Both the position numbers and the translations under genes were made by a program. DNA of 61,638 nucleotides, counting the filler, from Choristocarpus tenellus KU-1152 (taxonomy: Eukaryota; Protista; Phaeophyceae), in the NCBI GenBank assembly GCA_964200185.2. It is 13 parts of 13 records of this genome, joined end to end, with 100 filler letters (N's around TTAATTAATTAA, not from the genome) between each part and the next. Parts side by side here need not be neighbours in the genome. Positions count along the whole stretch, not along the records: positions 12,146 to 18,774 come from CAXNAD020007715.1; positions 18,875 to 30,952 come from CAXNAD020001988.1; 11 more parts are not named here. One strand, given 5' to 3'. This document shows positions 13,698 through 26,549 of the stretch, one piece after another (positions within the stretch are counted from its first letter, which is position 1; every line of letters begins with the position of its first letter). The notes under the pieces are model-generated. The model made no database searches and had not been told where the DNA came from. It saw only the letters and a list, made by a program, of their open reading frames with translations.

Positions 13698-14817
13698 ACA
13701 CAAAAAAAATTGTAAAGAGGAAAGGGTAGCCCCCCCCCCCCCCCCCCCCCCCATTTTAATCCAAAAATGACTTCCAAGATTTCCTATTAACATCATTCCT
13801 CAATACTGTCCATGAGGACATCTGTCTCAACCTGACGAAGATATAGCACCACGAAAGCATCGATTTTCTCAATTTTGTATGTGCTGGTTATCTCATTGGC
13901 ATATCATGCGAATATTGCCCTATACACTGTCCTGTTGCATCCCCTACTGAAAACACTTTCTCCATATATATATTTTTTAATGAAATACCCACACCAGATA
14001 ACAAAATACTAATCTTGGAGGAAAGAATACTATTATCCCAAGTAATAATGAAGAGGAGGATAACGCACATAGACATAAACAATCACTACCTGTTAAAGAC
14101 AAAATAATGAAAAATAACCATCAGAAAGGAAGTAACCGTTGTAGCAACACACACTGCACATCACGCTTGAAATACAACAAAAATAAGCAAGAGTCATCAT
14201 GCAACGTCAACATTACCGTTCTCATTTTTGAGTATACTTGAAGTAAGGGATGCTGCACAAAGTGTGTGTGTCAAACACTATTTTACCATTGTCGCTATTT
14301 GGTGGAAAGAGGGAAGTGAGGCTAAAGAAAAGTTCTGAAACATATCTCACCTCTAGAATTTTCTGGTTTTTGTATTTTCCGATAGCCAGGTGCCGCTAAT
14401 CAGCAGATGCAATTAACATTATATTCAGATTAATGTTACCCAGAATCATGGTGTCCATTTAAGCTACGTTAGATAGAGTCAGATGTGACACATTAACTGC
14501 ACTTCACTTACAAAATAAAAATAATTAAAGGACTCTTTTCAGCTTGAAATAGGACCTATCCATAGTGTGGTACAACACAACATAATGTTAAAAAGAAAAA
14601 ATAATCAAAGAAAAAAAATGCGAGTCTGTATCACCACGGTTGAAATTCAATTTAAAAAAAAAAAAAAATCCTATCACGTAAAATACATGTTTAATAATTT
14701 TTATTATCTTGCTTCAGTGGAGGTGTTGATGAAGCGTGCTGTGACAATGGCGGAGTTGTTCCCATCGTCTGACTTGGTCAAAATATAATCCACCTCCATT
14801 CCATTCTTATCAAACGC
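12504..14817 (-). CDS. Gamma-adaptin ear (GAE / Alpha_adaptinC2) domain, AP-1 gamma subunit-like C-terminus; exons 14713-14817, 13213-13304, 12504-12654
   Basis: Spliced product AFDKNGMEVDYILTKSDDGNNSAIVTARFINTSTE-EMTKLMFQVAVPKAFTMRMEPALGHALPPE-SVAAVTPVIRVMSSLQSSTKLLMMKLKITYQQGGGTVTEVAQVPQFPPGF* matches GAE hallmarks (AFDKNG, FQ.AVPK, MKLKI.Y, V..FP). Phases are compatible. Upstream exons were not found. Confidence 0.8.
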
Positions 14818-16415
14818 CTGCAGGTATAATAGCAGGTTGTCAAAACAATACATCAAGAGGGGCCAGGATACAATCAATTGCAGGAGGGGTAGGAAGGATG
14901 ATGAGGAGAGGAGAGGAGAGGGAGGAAATGGCTTCAAAAGAAAAACTAAACTAGAAAGAGACCTCAAAAAGAGTTTTCAAAACAAGAGGCAACAGTCCAT
15001 ACTGAAAGGCCACAACATCTACACTGTTACATAGACACATGATAAATAAAGCCGGTCAATATTGATTAAAATAGAGTTTATGCACAACCACTATCGCACA
15101 TCAAACCCCTAACCCTAACCTTGAAACAAATAAAATACTTTGAGTCGCATTTAAACCCCCTCAAATTATTCTATCGAGGGAAGTAAATATTATAATTGAC
15201 AAAAAATCAAACATTACACCAACCAGGTACTGGGGGATTGTCAGATCGGCATGATGTTAAAAGGTATTCCAACAGTATACACACATACCAATGGCAGTAT
15301 AAAATCAACACTTCATACCATCATTATAAGTTTTTTTCACAGTTAGTCACATTGTTTCCACGAACTCCTATCAATAATACTCATACTTCCCTGATTCTAT
15401 CAAAAGGGACTATAAATAAAAAATAACCAACCACAAAAAAAAAAACTCTCTTACGACTCTCTTTAATTATCTTGCTTCCTGTGTGTTAGGTTCAGTCATC
15501 CCACCACATGTTACTCCATCTCCTATCTTGTATTGGACCAACAGCCTTGGCATCACTTGCCAGTGAACAGTTACCCCCTCCTCCTTAGTTCATTTCATTT
15601 TTGGACGTATAGGAACAGAAATATACTATATTTAGGATAGACATATACTGTACTTAGTATAGATAGTGCATGTACACGATGTACAACATAGTACAGGTGC
15701 TTGTTACATGGAATTGGATCCTTTTCTCGAATCCTTCTAGCCTCTGCCAACCATCACAAGTGAAGAACGTTCCTCCCATATCCTCCCCCAACTCTTGTTC
15801 CACCTCCTTTATCTGATGGCTTTGCATGATCTCCATAGCAGACTCTCCGCTTCCACCCCTTTTGATCTGTTTTATATGATCTAGCACTTCGTCCAGGACT
15901 ATTGTACACAAGAGCAAATAATTAATCAATCCCAGCACACTTCACTGTACCGTGGTTTTTTTTACTTGTTTTGTGTTTGGTGTGTTAGACCTTACCCCTA
16001 TTTAATGCTTATAGCATGTACACCATAGAGGATCATCCAGCAGTTCATTCTGTACTGTGTCTCTTAAGAATATTTTGTGCCATCTTCAGCAAGAAAATAA
16101 AATGCATGAAATACAAAGAGTGGGAATTGATCCCTACCTGCTACTTCCCTGTGTAGGGCATGTTGATAGGTCGGTCGGTCCCCCTAGGGAGTGATCCAGG
16201 AGGGAATGCCTTGCCCTGCCCTCAAGGAACACAAGCGTGGTGTTGTGCTTTGCCATTATCTGCACGAAGAGTTGGTTTAGATTGGTTTGGTTTGGTGAGA
16301 TGGGGTGAGTGGTATACAAATAGCACATATTTTGAAGTTGTACCTTTGGGGGAAGAATATTAGATAGTCATCTTACCCAACAGAGTTATAAACATGTGTA
16401 CTATGATGTCTGAAA

Positions 16416-18774
16416 GGCAATTCTGGTCGCAGTCGTGTCCACGCTACTGAACGTCGAGACAGGCGCAGAGAGCGCGTTCGTTTTCGGTCTTCCACTCGTG
16501 GCAGATCCCGCTCCAGGTCGAGTCCCGTGGCAGATCCCGTTCCAGGCCAAGATCCCGGGACACAGACATTCTCATCGACATGGAAGGCGGACCAGAGAAG
16601 AACGCAGAGGCCGCACCCGTTCACCACATCGTCACCGTCAGACCAGTGATTATTCTTCTCCGCACAGGTCTGTATCACCCAGACAATCTCGAAGGAATAG
16701 CCTGAGTACGGTACGTCGGTCCAGAGAGGTTGAGGCAGAGTTGCGAAGAGAGATTCATGAGTTGCGTACTCGAGCCGAGTCGCGTGAGTCACGACCCGAT
16801 AGGCAAGAGTGCAACCTCGATATGCGTTATCACCAAGATTGTGTTGAAACAATGGAACGCATTCATAGAAAACTCGGAGACCCTGCACACGACCCCGTCT
16901 TTCGTGGAGTACCTGCAGATAACTCCGCCCCAACCATGTCAAACAAACCCGTTTTTTTCGCTGACGCTCTTACCAAGGCTTTAGGGAGGGTTCAAGGAGG
17001 ATCGTGGGCCTTACCCAAAGATCGCAATACATCACGTCCACGTAGTGATGCCCTTACCCCTTTCCGCATCGAGCTTCTTGAGAAACTACTGTCTGACTCT
17101 CTTAGGACCCACAGTGATCTCCTAAGTGACTCATCTACAGTGGAAGTCCCGAGCGTCACTGGACACCTCCTTCGGGTTCCTCGGGAAGACATGACGGCGA
17201 CCGAGTGGGTCCGTATCCTGGTGAGAGAATGCACCCTTTCGTACAGTCAAGAAATGCTGTAAAGAACGCAATGAGTTCTTTAAGGACCGAGAGAGGGAAA
17301 TCGTGGAAACTGCAGCCAACAGGCTTGTCTTGCATTATCGAGCATACACAGTAGATTCGCGGATGCCTCATGTTTGCGAGACAACTTTATTTTGGAGGTA
17401 TATAGCTGAAGATCAACTCATTGATCTTTGCGAACGAGCTCTTCCTATCCTTCTTCCCAATGTTCTAGATTAGATCGGAGTGCAGTCAATGGCATTTTCA
17501 TTTCGAAAGGAGATTCGGAACCAAATTCGCCCACTGGCAATTTCCCACAATAATCCTTTAGGAGATGAAATGGTACAGCGGGGAATTAAAGCAGAGCGGA
17601 TCTTTGACGATCTTATCGAAGAATTGTCCAATCGTAGCGACCAGTACGCATTTTTCCCAATCAATCAAAATGCTACAAAACCTACGTCGTCTAAAGATAG
17701 GACATTACTGCTTTAGGTAACATGACTAACGCTCGTGCTATGTTCGCAAGCATGTCCGACCCTTTGTCTGCCCCAGTTGACACCCCGGTAGGCAGACAGG
17801 AACTGGAATCACCTTAGCATAGCAGGATATTCTTGCCAAAGGAGGTGCCAAGCTAGACTCCATCACCACACCAAGAAGTGGTCAACAGTGTGCTGGTGGC
17901 CCTCGCACCGATGCTCCAACCTGTTTTGTCCCAAAATTCTCTGCCCATTGTCTGTGCTGCGTTGACAAACCAACCTGCTTCTGCTCCTGGGAAACATGGT
18001 ACCAAATTCGTTTCGAAGAGCAATGCATCCGCGCCCGTTCGCCCAGCAACACCCGCCACCCAGTTTGTGCCCCGATCCACGTCCTCTATAACCACAGACA
18101 GAGCGAGCGATGCAGGTCGACACCATTCGGGTAAGGATTTACCTTCGCCATCTACTTCCCAAGATGAGGTTGTCGAGTGGCTCAAGGCACATCGAGTTTG
18201 TTTCCATCATGCCTTTGGTTGCGAAAGCTTCAAGTCTATCAGTCGCAGGTGCAAGTATACTCACAACGACTCGGTAGTACCTAAGGGTTACTTTGCATAT
18301 CTGTCCCAAGATAAGCTAAGTACCACCCAAGCGAACGAGTCACATACGATGGTAGCCTTGACAGATGCCCACTTGCCCTACCTCACCGCGATGCAAGACT
18401 TTGAGTTTCCGCCACCATTTGCAAGCAGCTCGACCGATTCTGAAGTTCCTGAGTTGCCCTGAAGGTGCGCCCTAGAGTCTTCAGCTCCAGGGAACTTAGG
18501 CACTGTAGCCATAGGAAGCATGACCCCCACACTTGCCTCGAACATATCCACTATGTCAACTGCCCAACGAACTAGTCAAGTATGGCTATCTGCACTGCTG
18601 TGGCACCCTCACAATGTCGGCTTGAGAATGCCTGTACAGATACTCCTTGACACAGGTGCAGGAGGTGGGAACTACATCTCGTCTGCTTTCTGGCGCAGTG
18701 CTACTCTATGGGGAGGTAGCACCGGCTTACCACGCCTTAACCAAACTGGTAAGGGAACGTTGCATGTGGCAAAC
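16416..18774 (+). mobile_element. Degenerate LTR-retrotransposon gag-pro region (Arg/Ser-rich gag-like ORF, CCCH-like finger, aspartic protease), truncated by the contig end
   Basis: ORFs 16435-17262 and 17878-18462 (CFHHAFGC...CKYTH), then the protease motif ILLDTGAG near 18640-18663. The first ~0.9 kb is homologous to the LTR-bearing copy at 56060-56940 (-). Confidence 0.75.
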
Positions 18775-18987
18775 NNNNNNNNNNNNNNNNNNNNNNNNNN
18801 NNNNNNNNNNNNNNNNNNTTAATTAATTAANNNNNNNNNNNNNNNNNNNNNNNNNNNNNNNNNNNNNNNNNNNNCTTACAAACCACCCCCCCCCCCAGAT
18901 ACTTTGACTCTGCGGAAAGAGGCTTTGTGAGTTGTTACGTAGCCTTGTGTATGGAAAAGGGGAATGTCAATTTTGTATACACTATTG

Positions 18988-19245
18988 GAGTCGAAGCATC
19001 TTAGAGGGTAGAGTCGTGTCCGTTTGGGGAACCAAAATCCAATGTTTCGATTTTGATGTAATTTTGGCTATCGTGTTTGCAATGAAGTGTCAGTATCCTT
19101 GTTCCGGACACACCTTTTCATAACGTACATATTTTACCTACTTGGAAACATTTCGGATTAGGTAAAATGAAAAAAAAAACGTGTGAAGCCAAGCCCCAAA
19201 CGGACAAACAGGGCAAAACTCGTACCCACTCAGATACTTTCACTC
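18988..19245 (+). mobile_element. MITE subfamily C (258 bp)
   Basis: TIR gagtcgaagcatcttagaggg ... cccactcagatactttcactc, homologous to 51844-52101 and 53377-53635. No matching TSD (attg/tttt). Confidence 0.85.
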
Positions 19246-20800
19246 TTTTCCACATGGAGAAATGAAAAATATAGTGCATTGCACATGTTAAGAAATGTGG
19301 CTTCGAATTCAAAAGGGTCCAAGCCTTCCTACCGTTGGATTGGTTTGGCGCTTGGAGGAGGAATGGGAGGGAGAAGTGTGTGGTTGTTTTATACCATTAT
19401 GAATTAAGTGGCAACCTCTCTTGGTTTGGAATATTGCGTGTTGTTATGACCAAACGTGTTCTCCAACAGTCGTAAACCGCACCCTTTTTTTATGTGTGTG
19501 GTCTGCTTTTTTTTTTTAACTCATTCGTTTTGAAGGGAGTACAAACCCTGGGAGAAACATTAGCACTACAAAGAAGTGGTTAGGAGTAACAATATAGACT
19601 ACGGTGAACACAATAAGGAGACACGTCAAATCATCACCCTACTTGTACCACATTTGTATCAGTTCTTACACCAGTCAGTAGAGAGAAGCAGCAGAAGAAT
19701 AGAAGAACCATACAATACTATGTTGCCACCAATACATGGACTAGTCTTCAAACCAAAAAAACACGCAAAACACAAGTGTGTAACACAGTAACACGGACCC
19801 ATCTGAACAATTAAATATGCATGTGTGTGTGCACACTCTATTGCAACAAAGACTCAAATCATTCATATATCTATACACAATACAGCACACACACTGACGA
19901 ACACCAGTTGTAGCAGAGAGATGCACATATACCATTAATTCACTCAAACACAAGAGTTAACGCAAAGATATTCAGACATACCATCAATATTTACTCGCGC
20001 GCGCGCACAAGCAAACACACACCTATGTCCAACAGAGACACGCAGACACCAGTTACAACATAGACACTCGCACTATACGTTAATACTAGCACTTACAAAC
20101 ACGTTCACATATATGCACTCTCTCTCTCCCTCTCTGAAATGGAACGAAGTATAGTATTTACAAGGTGTGCCATCCAATATTGGGTTGATTGCCTTCAGAT
20201 ACCAGGGTCAAAACCTTAGTGAAAGCTACTACATCTTTGCACTCATCACAAATGTTCTTTTCGCGCACTCTTTAAAACATAAAGTTGATGCAACTGTTGG
20301 TCAACACAATGTTCATCACACATCATTAACCCGATCACCTAAAGATCTCAAAGTGTGTCCCTGTGCTAATTCATTTGGACGTACCACCAAAATGACAGAA
20401 TGTATACACATATATCTACACCACATGTCACAAGTTCTTGAGAATAGTTCAACGACATATGGCCACCCCTCTTTATAAGTCAAAGTTCCCTTTTCATCTT
20501 TGCAAATCTTCCATTCTGATCTTGACGAGCTCAGACGTGATACATTTTGTTCATAATCATATTGCTATCTCCACATGGACTGATGGACGTTCGCAAAAGT
20601 ATGATTTTTGGCTCAAACAATTACTTGTGTATATTGATGGTCGAATTGAAAAGACGATTCCTCTGTTGGATACCTTTATTTCTGACCTATGGTCGTGTAC
20701 ATTCATTGATAGAAGTGTTGATGATGAAACCGGACAACTCCCTCCTCGCAACATCCAACCCTCTCTTCCCATAGGATTGAATTGGCAGCAAAGGTAATTC

Positions 20801-20983
20801 GACTCGAAGTATCTGAGGGGGTAGGGGGGGGGTCTACATCAGGGTGTCCATTTGGGCCCTGACCAGGAATAGTGTACCTACATTATCCATCCAACACATG
20901 CACCCAAATCACCCCAAAATTGCGACATGGAAAAATAGGCCCCAAATGGACAGCCGCCACCATCCCCCCTGATACTTTGAGCC
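20801..20983 (+). mobile_element. MITE subfamily A, full copy
   Basis: gactcgaagtatctgagggg ... cccctgatactttgagcc; internal homology to 1604-1777. No clear TSD. Confidence 0.88.
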
Positions 20984-21373
20984 AGTTGTGCAATAACACG
21001 TACGCAAACTTCTCTTGATGGGCATCATGTGAAGGCAGGAGATCACTCATCTTCCAGCTCAAAAGGTTGACCCAAGGGACAACACGATCAGTGCGTCGCC
21101 AGATTCAAGGGCACCAAGTCTATGCACAGGTTCTTCCCTAATCCATGGATGGGATGAAGGTAGCTCTTCTGGCATGATGTACTCCGAGATGTTTTGCTTC
21201 TACACTAACTGCTCAGTTAGCAATACCATGAACTACAGTTAGCAGGGCACCCACATGCCTGCGTTGAAGGAGGTCAACCACAGATATTCCCCTGGGGATC
21301 AGGTGGGTGACCTGTGGAGGAAGAAGAGGCACCTCACGGTTGGTAATGTTTTTGTATTGTGCAAACAGAGCTC

Positions 21374-21556
21374 GGGTCAAAGTATCTGGGGGTGGGTGGT
21401 GGTTTGTGAGGGGGCGTCCGTTTCGGTCAAACAACTCTTTTTTTTTGCTTATATTTCAAATCAGACACGTCCAACCAAATCACACCAAAAAAGTGAAAAT
21501 CGAACAAAAAGGGTGAAAAACGGACGCTGACACCTCCCCCCCAGATACTTTGACCC
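21374..21556. mobile_element. MITE subfamily B (same TIR core, different interior, 183 bp)
   Basis: TIR gggtcaaagtatctgggg ... ccccagatactttgaccc; flanks gctc/gcta (3 of 4 bases match). Confidence 0.8.
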
Positions 21557-23342
21557 GCTATCAGGGTACAACGGGTTAGGGTTCCTGCCGTTCATTATAC
21601 ACCCGAATGCCAAGGACAACTCCAGGTACAAAGAGGTATGTTCAGTGCTAGTGACGAGGTGGTATTTCCTAGGGAGAATTCAGGGAGTTGAGGACCAGCT
21701 TTGTCTATAGGGTGTGAAGAATTCGTGGGTTAGGTGGAGATAGGGAGAGTTATGCAAATATTTTCACTGTTTCTTTCAAATATGCAAGCATAGTATGTGC
21801 TGTATGAGTTTTCCCAGGTATCGATTCAAGTTTGTGTCTTTGCTTTTCTATCTTCACCTCAGAACCATCAGATGTACCTCACGTCTGATTATTCCTTTTT
21901 TGTCTGGTTGTCTTTACCCCCACATAGACATTGATTTCCCTGTATACTAAGTTTATCTGAAACACAACTGGACGCAATAAATTCAGAGTTAATATAAGGT
22001 ACTTAATTCTGTGTATACTTGATAGGATGCAGTTTTACCAATTCATACGGCCTGTTGATTCGCAAATCAGTACTGATGATGACTCGCATTTACATCATGA
22101 ACACCTCATCTTGGCATCAACAATTGTTAGAAAAATGCGACATGGGAAGCATGGAGCAATCGCCACTTATCAAGCGTGTAAGCACACAACCATGGTATGT
22201 GCGATACAAATCATCCCAGATGATTCCAATTTCTTTCCTTCTTTTCTTTGATCTTCACATCAGAGTAACCTGTTTCGTCTCATATGATTGTTCGTTGTTC
22301 TCTTGTCTTTCCCAACTGGACTTCGGGTACACTCTGCATTGAGTGTGTGCCTCTAAACAACCGTACGACTACATTTTCAGATCCAAGTCAATTTCGAATA
22401 TCTTCCTAAAGGGTGCCCCCACTTCCTCACAGCATGTATCTGTACCTTCGAGCGTAACACGGAATACCCATAATATTAAAGCAAAGAACCTCTGGTTATG
22501 AGCAGTACGTAGAGCGATTCATTACAGAACATTAATCATGTGTTGGGCTGTAACCCAGCACATTTTTGCCCCATCCAACCTATGTAAATAAACGATTAAT
22601 CCAATCCCAGATCCCACAAGAAGCGGAATTTCAGTCAAGTTTCTATTCTTTTTTACATTTCGTGGTATCAGATAAATTGTGGAGACCTCTGTTCCTTACC
22701 GACAAATTATTATTCATCTTAGTTTTGTTTTAGATATTACCTTAACCATATTGATGTTTAAGAAATATTGGGTATATATGTTCCAAACTTCATCGCTACC
22801 TTCTTCTACTGCGTCCTATCGTGAGGTTGAAAAGTGTAGTGAGGATGTAACCACTGAAGATTCCCAATTATGTTTCTGCCTTTGAAAGCTTAACTTTTAT
22901 TATCTTAGCCCCCAAACAGATGCAGTCTCAGATAAGAAATTCTGACAGACGTATATTTCTATACACCAACTCTGCTCAAAAGACATTAGCATAAACCAAA
23001 ATAACTCACTTTGAAATAAAACGCTCATACATACTATAAAAATGTACCGTGTCCAACTCAAAACGGTAAACCATGTATTTCAACAAGCTTATGATACAAT
23101 TAGTACCCCACGTGGTTTTCACGTCCTTCACTGTGGTACCTCCACGTACTGGCAATCGAGCTCCAGGAACAGGACAGTTTAGAAAACAGAGCTGTTCCAT
23201 AGTCATATCATTCTGGAGACTTGGCCTAAGCACTGCGCGCAGAGAAACATGCAAAGAGATGTTAATATAGGTCGTTAGCTGTAACGTTAAAAAACTTGAA
23301 GACTGTTCATCTCTACGTCACAAAGTCATTTTTCAGTTCATT

Positions 23343-26300
23343 TCAAAATACTAACCTCGAATTAAGCGTTTTTCCCCTAGAGCACATTCCAGAGAAGACT
23401 GCTTTGATAGAAGCCATGGACTCGTACAGGGGAAGGAAGACCACAATAACAGTAGATACAATTCCCCAGATTATGGAGAGGGCCACCCAAAATCCGAAGT
23501 AGCCCTCCGAAAACACACCAGCCGGCAGAGAAAGCACAGGCCAGAGGACCACAATGATGATAGTGAAGGCAATCCCAAACTTGCTGATCCACTTCTTGGC
23601 AGCAGTGAGCATTTTGTCATCATAATCAGCCTCAGTGTGCCAAGCATTGTCATCTTCCTCCACCATTTTGATCTCCCTTGTGCTAGCCCAATCATAATCA
23701 TCAGGTTTAGCTATGGACACAACAGTTGTTACAAACCCACCGAACAAGATCGCAACAAGGTTGCCGATAAGCATCGGGTAGTTTTTGCCGAGGTTGTCGA
23801 CGGTAATATCTGTGTACATTATAGAGCAGGAGATAAGCCATGCAGCAACGGCGAACACCTGTCCAAGAAGAGCCCCAGCAATTGCACCATTCGCACTACA
23901 CTTCTTCCATGTCAACACCATAGACACAGGGATAACGGCTGATCCAATAACCACACCCATGAATAGGTACACCCAACCCAGGTTGAGACCAATCTCATTT
24001 AGAACAATAGAAAGGACACCCATAAGAGCACCAAACACGAGAATGGTGATACGAGATACCTTAAGTATTTGAGCACCAGTAGCGTCTGGGTTGATGTATG
24101 CACGATATACGTCATACGACACAAGTGATGACACAGCAATGAGCTCAGCTGATCCAGTGGATGTCACAGCCATAAAAAGCATGATGAGAATAAGAGTGGC
24201 TCCGCCTTTGCCAAGGATGAATAGAGCTGTAGCAGGTGGTACAAGTCCGGAGCCAGCCTCGTCTGATGTAAGTGGGAGCTGCATAGCAATAGCAGCCAGA
24301 CCAAGAGAGGTAGCCAGTGCGAAAGGAATCCTGACCAAGAAAAAAATTCAAAACAAAAATACATGAACCAGAGTTAGAGTACAGCAATAGACATCAGAAT
24401 TGCAAAGAGCATTTTGTGGATACAAGATTGTACTATTTCGTTCTTGTAAAATCAGTAACAAAATTCAGGTCTATACTGCATCAATCACAAGGTTGAAGTA
24501 CACTGAAACAATCGCACCACTTACGTGAACCAGCACATACCACCAAGTAGATAACTGATTATGGCCGCCAGCACATTACGCAGATACGTCCATTGGGTCA
24601 AATGGAAAACCGGGAGGAGGGGCAAAGATGTCAGTAATCACAAAATTTAGTCAGCAGATGAAAAAGTATCAAAATTTAGACGATCAGAGATTTTTTAGAA
24701 AATCAAAACCTTCAACTCCTTCAGAGTAATATCAATAGTTCTGTTCTTGTAACAGGTCACATTGAACATCACTTACCCTTTGTGTGAAGACTGGGGCTTG
24801 GCAGCGATTGCTGACTGCCAGTAAGACTGGTCGACGAATACGGTACCAAAGTTACCAACAATGTTGATAATTCCGAAGATGAGACCTTCACGAGACAACA
24901 TAGTAAGGTACGAACCATCCTCGTTACCATCCACAGGCCCACAGGCAGTCAGTTTAAGTTCCAACTCAGGGGGGCCGTAGGAGCAGTCGTTGATGTTTGT
25001 GACCTCCTCAAGCATGTCGTACATGTTTCCAGGGCTGGTGGAGAATACAAGAATGAGGGAGCAACAGTTGCATTTCTTTAGGCAAAAACGCTGTCTCGGT
25101 CGTACTTCAATGATTGCTCTAGCTATGCACTGCACCCTTCACACCCAAACAACTCCGAAAATCTTACCTGCCCACATATTTATCAGGACCAGCGTAGATA
25201 TAGAATACAAAGATGCACAGCACGACAAAAATGATAGACGTGTGGATGTAGGAGGCGAGGAAGGTGGCCTTGAGCCCACCAGCCATGGTGTACGCGATAA
25301 CGCCCCATGGGATAAGAAACGATGCCAGGTTAAGGTTCATGCCGGTGAGGGCATTAACGGTCGCAGCACCGCCAAGTAGAAGCATACTGGTTACGATGAC
25401 GTTTGTGAGTAGGGCGAAGAACAAGAAGACCTTGTGCGTCGTGTTGCCCCACCGTGCCTGGATGATCTCGAGGAAGGTGTGGCAAGTAGGCGCTTTCCGC
25501 TTCACCTCGATAGCAAGGATACCGAAGAGAAGGACCTGAATGGTAGCGCCAGAGGCATACCAGAAGGGTCCTGAAACACCGTAAGAAAAAGCGACGTTGG
25601 AAGACTGGAGGAGGGTTGCTGCCCACGTCCACTGCGAAACGATCACGGACGCTGTTAGGCCGGTCTTGATTGTGCGTCCTGCCGTGTTAAACTGCAGGCA
25701 CACATGCGTGGGCATAATGAGAAGAATTGGTCAGAAAGTTACAACTTTGTTGAACGCTAAGTAGGTCGTGTAAGGCTGAACCTCTTTCGAGTTGACATTG
25801 TTTCATTACACCTGGCTTCACTCACATGCTCGGAAGTGATGTTGGTTCCATTGAACTTGGCATCGAGCCAAACCAGACCAGCTAGACGGGTGGCGTGCAA
25901 GATTTTGAAGGGACAGGAGAAAGGTCGGTCAGAACTTTTTTAACTCGGCATGTGTTAAAAGACGGAAGTTGACTCATAAAAAGTCTTTCAAGATAAACGT
26001 CGAGACGCAGGCATCACTCACTTGTGAAGAAGGAGAAGAAGATGCCGAAGATGAGCACGACAACTGTTGGTAGTAAGGTTAATAGAACGGAGGGAAGCGC
26101 GAAGAAACTGAGTTAAGTAGTGACCAGTCCATTGGATTGATGATCAGTTCATTCAACCAAGGATCTAATTCCAAGGGAAGAGCAATTCAGAGTCTTAAGA
26201 GAGAAACAGACCAAAGTATCAAGCACTACTACATCTTCATGTTGGTGTAAGTGCGCAAGTCCGTGTTATTTCGAGTGCAGGTACGCATCACAGTCAATCA

Positions 26301-26549
26301 TGTAACTTACCGTATCCCACAGCTTTGTCTAGAGGCGCTTCACCTCCAAAGAAAGAGTCCTGGAAGAGGAGTTGATACATGAGGGATAAGGGACTTTGTT
26401 AGACGTAACTGGAAAACATTGTATTGACCTTTATCGTGTGGGATAGTAGACTATATTCCTACATGATCGGTTCAACTCATTCTTGTAAGAAAAGGATGCA
26501 CCTGGTCTCTGTACGACTCAGGGACACTAGTCCCAAGAACGATGTCCAT
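23343..26549 (-). CDS. DUR3: Urea active transporter DUR3 (sodium:solute symporter family); exons 26502-26549, 26311-26359, 26022-26063, 25826-25881, 25168-25691, 24777-25034, 24525-24554, 23343-24330
   Basis: Diagnostic motifs [94 protein letters not shown] and [24 protein letters not shown]. All junctions are canonical GT-AG and phase-consistent, with no stops. Confidence 0.95.

Noticed and set aside
23637-25632. Antisense and alternate-frame ORFs over DUR3
   Set aside because: These are shadow ORFs of a well-supported gene.
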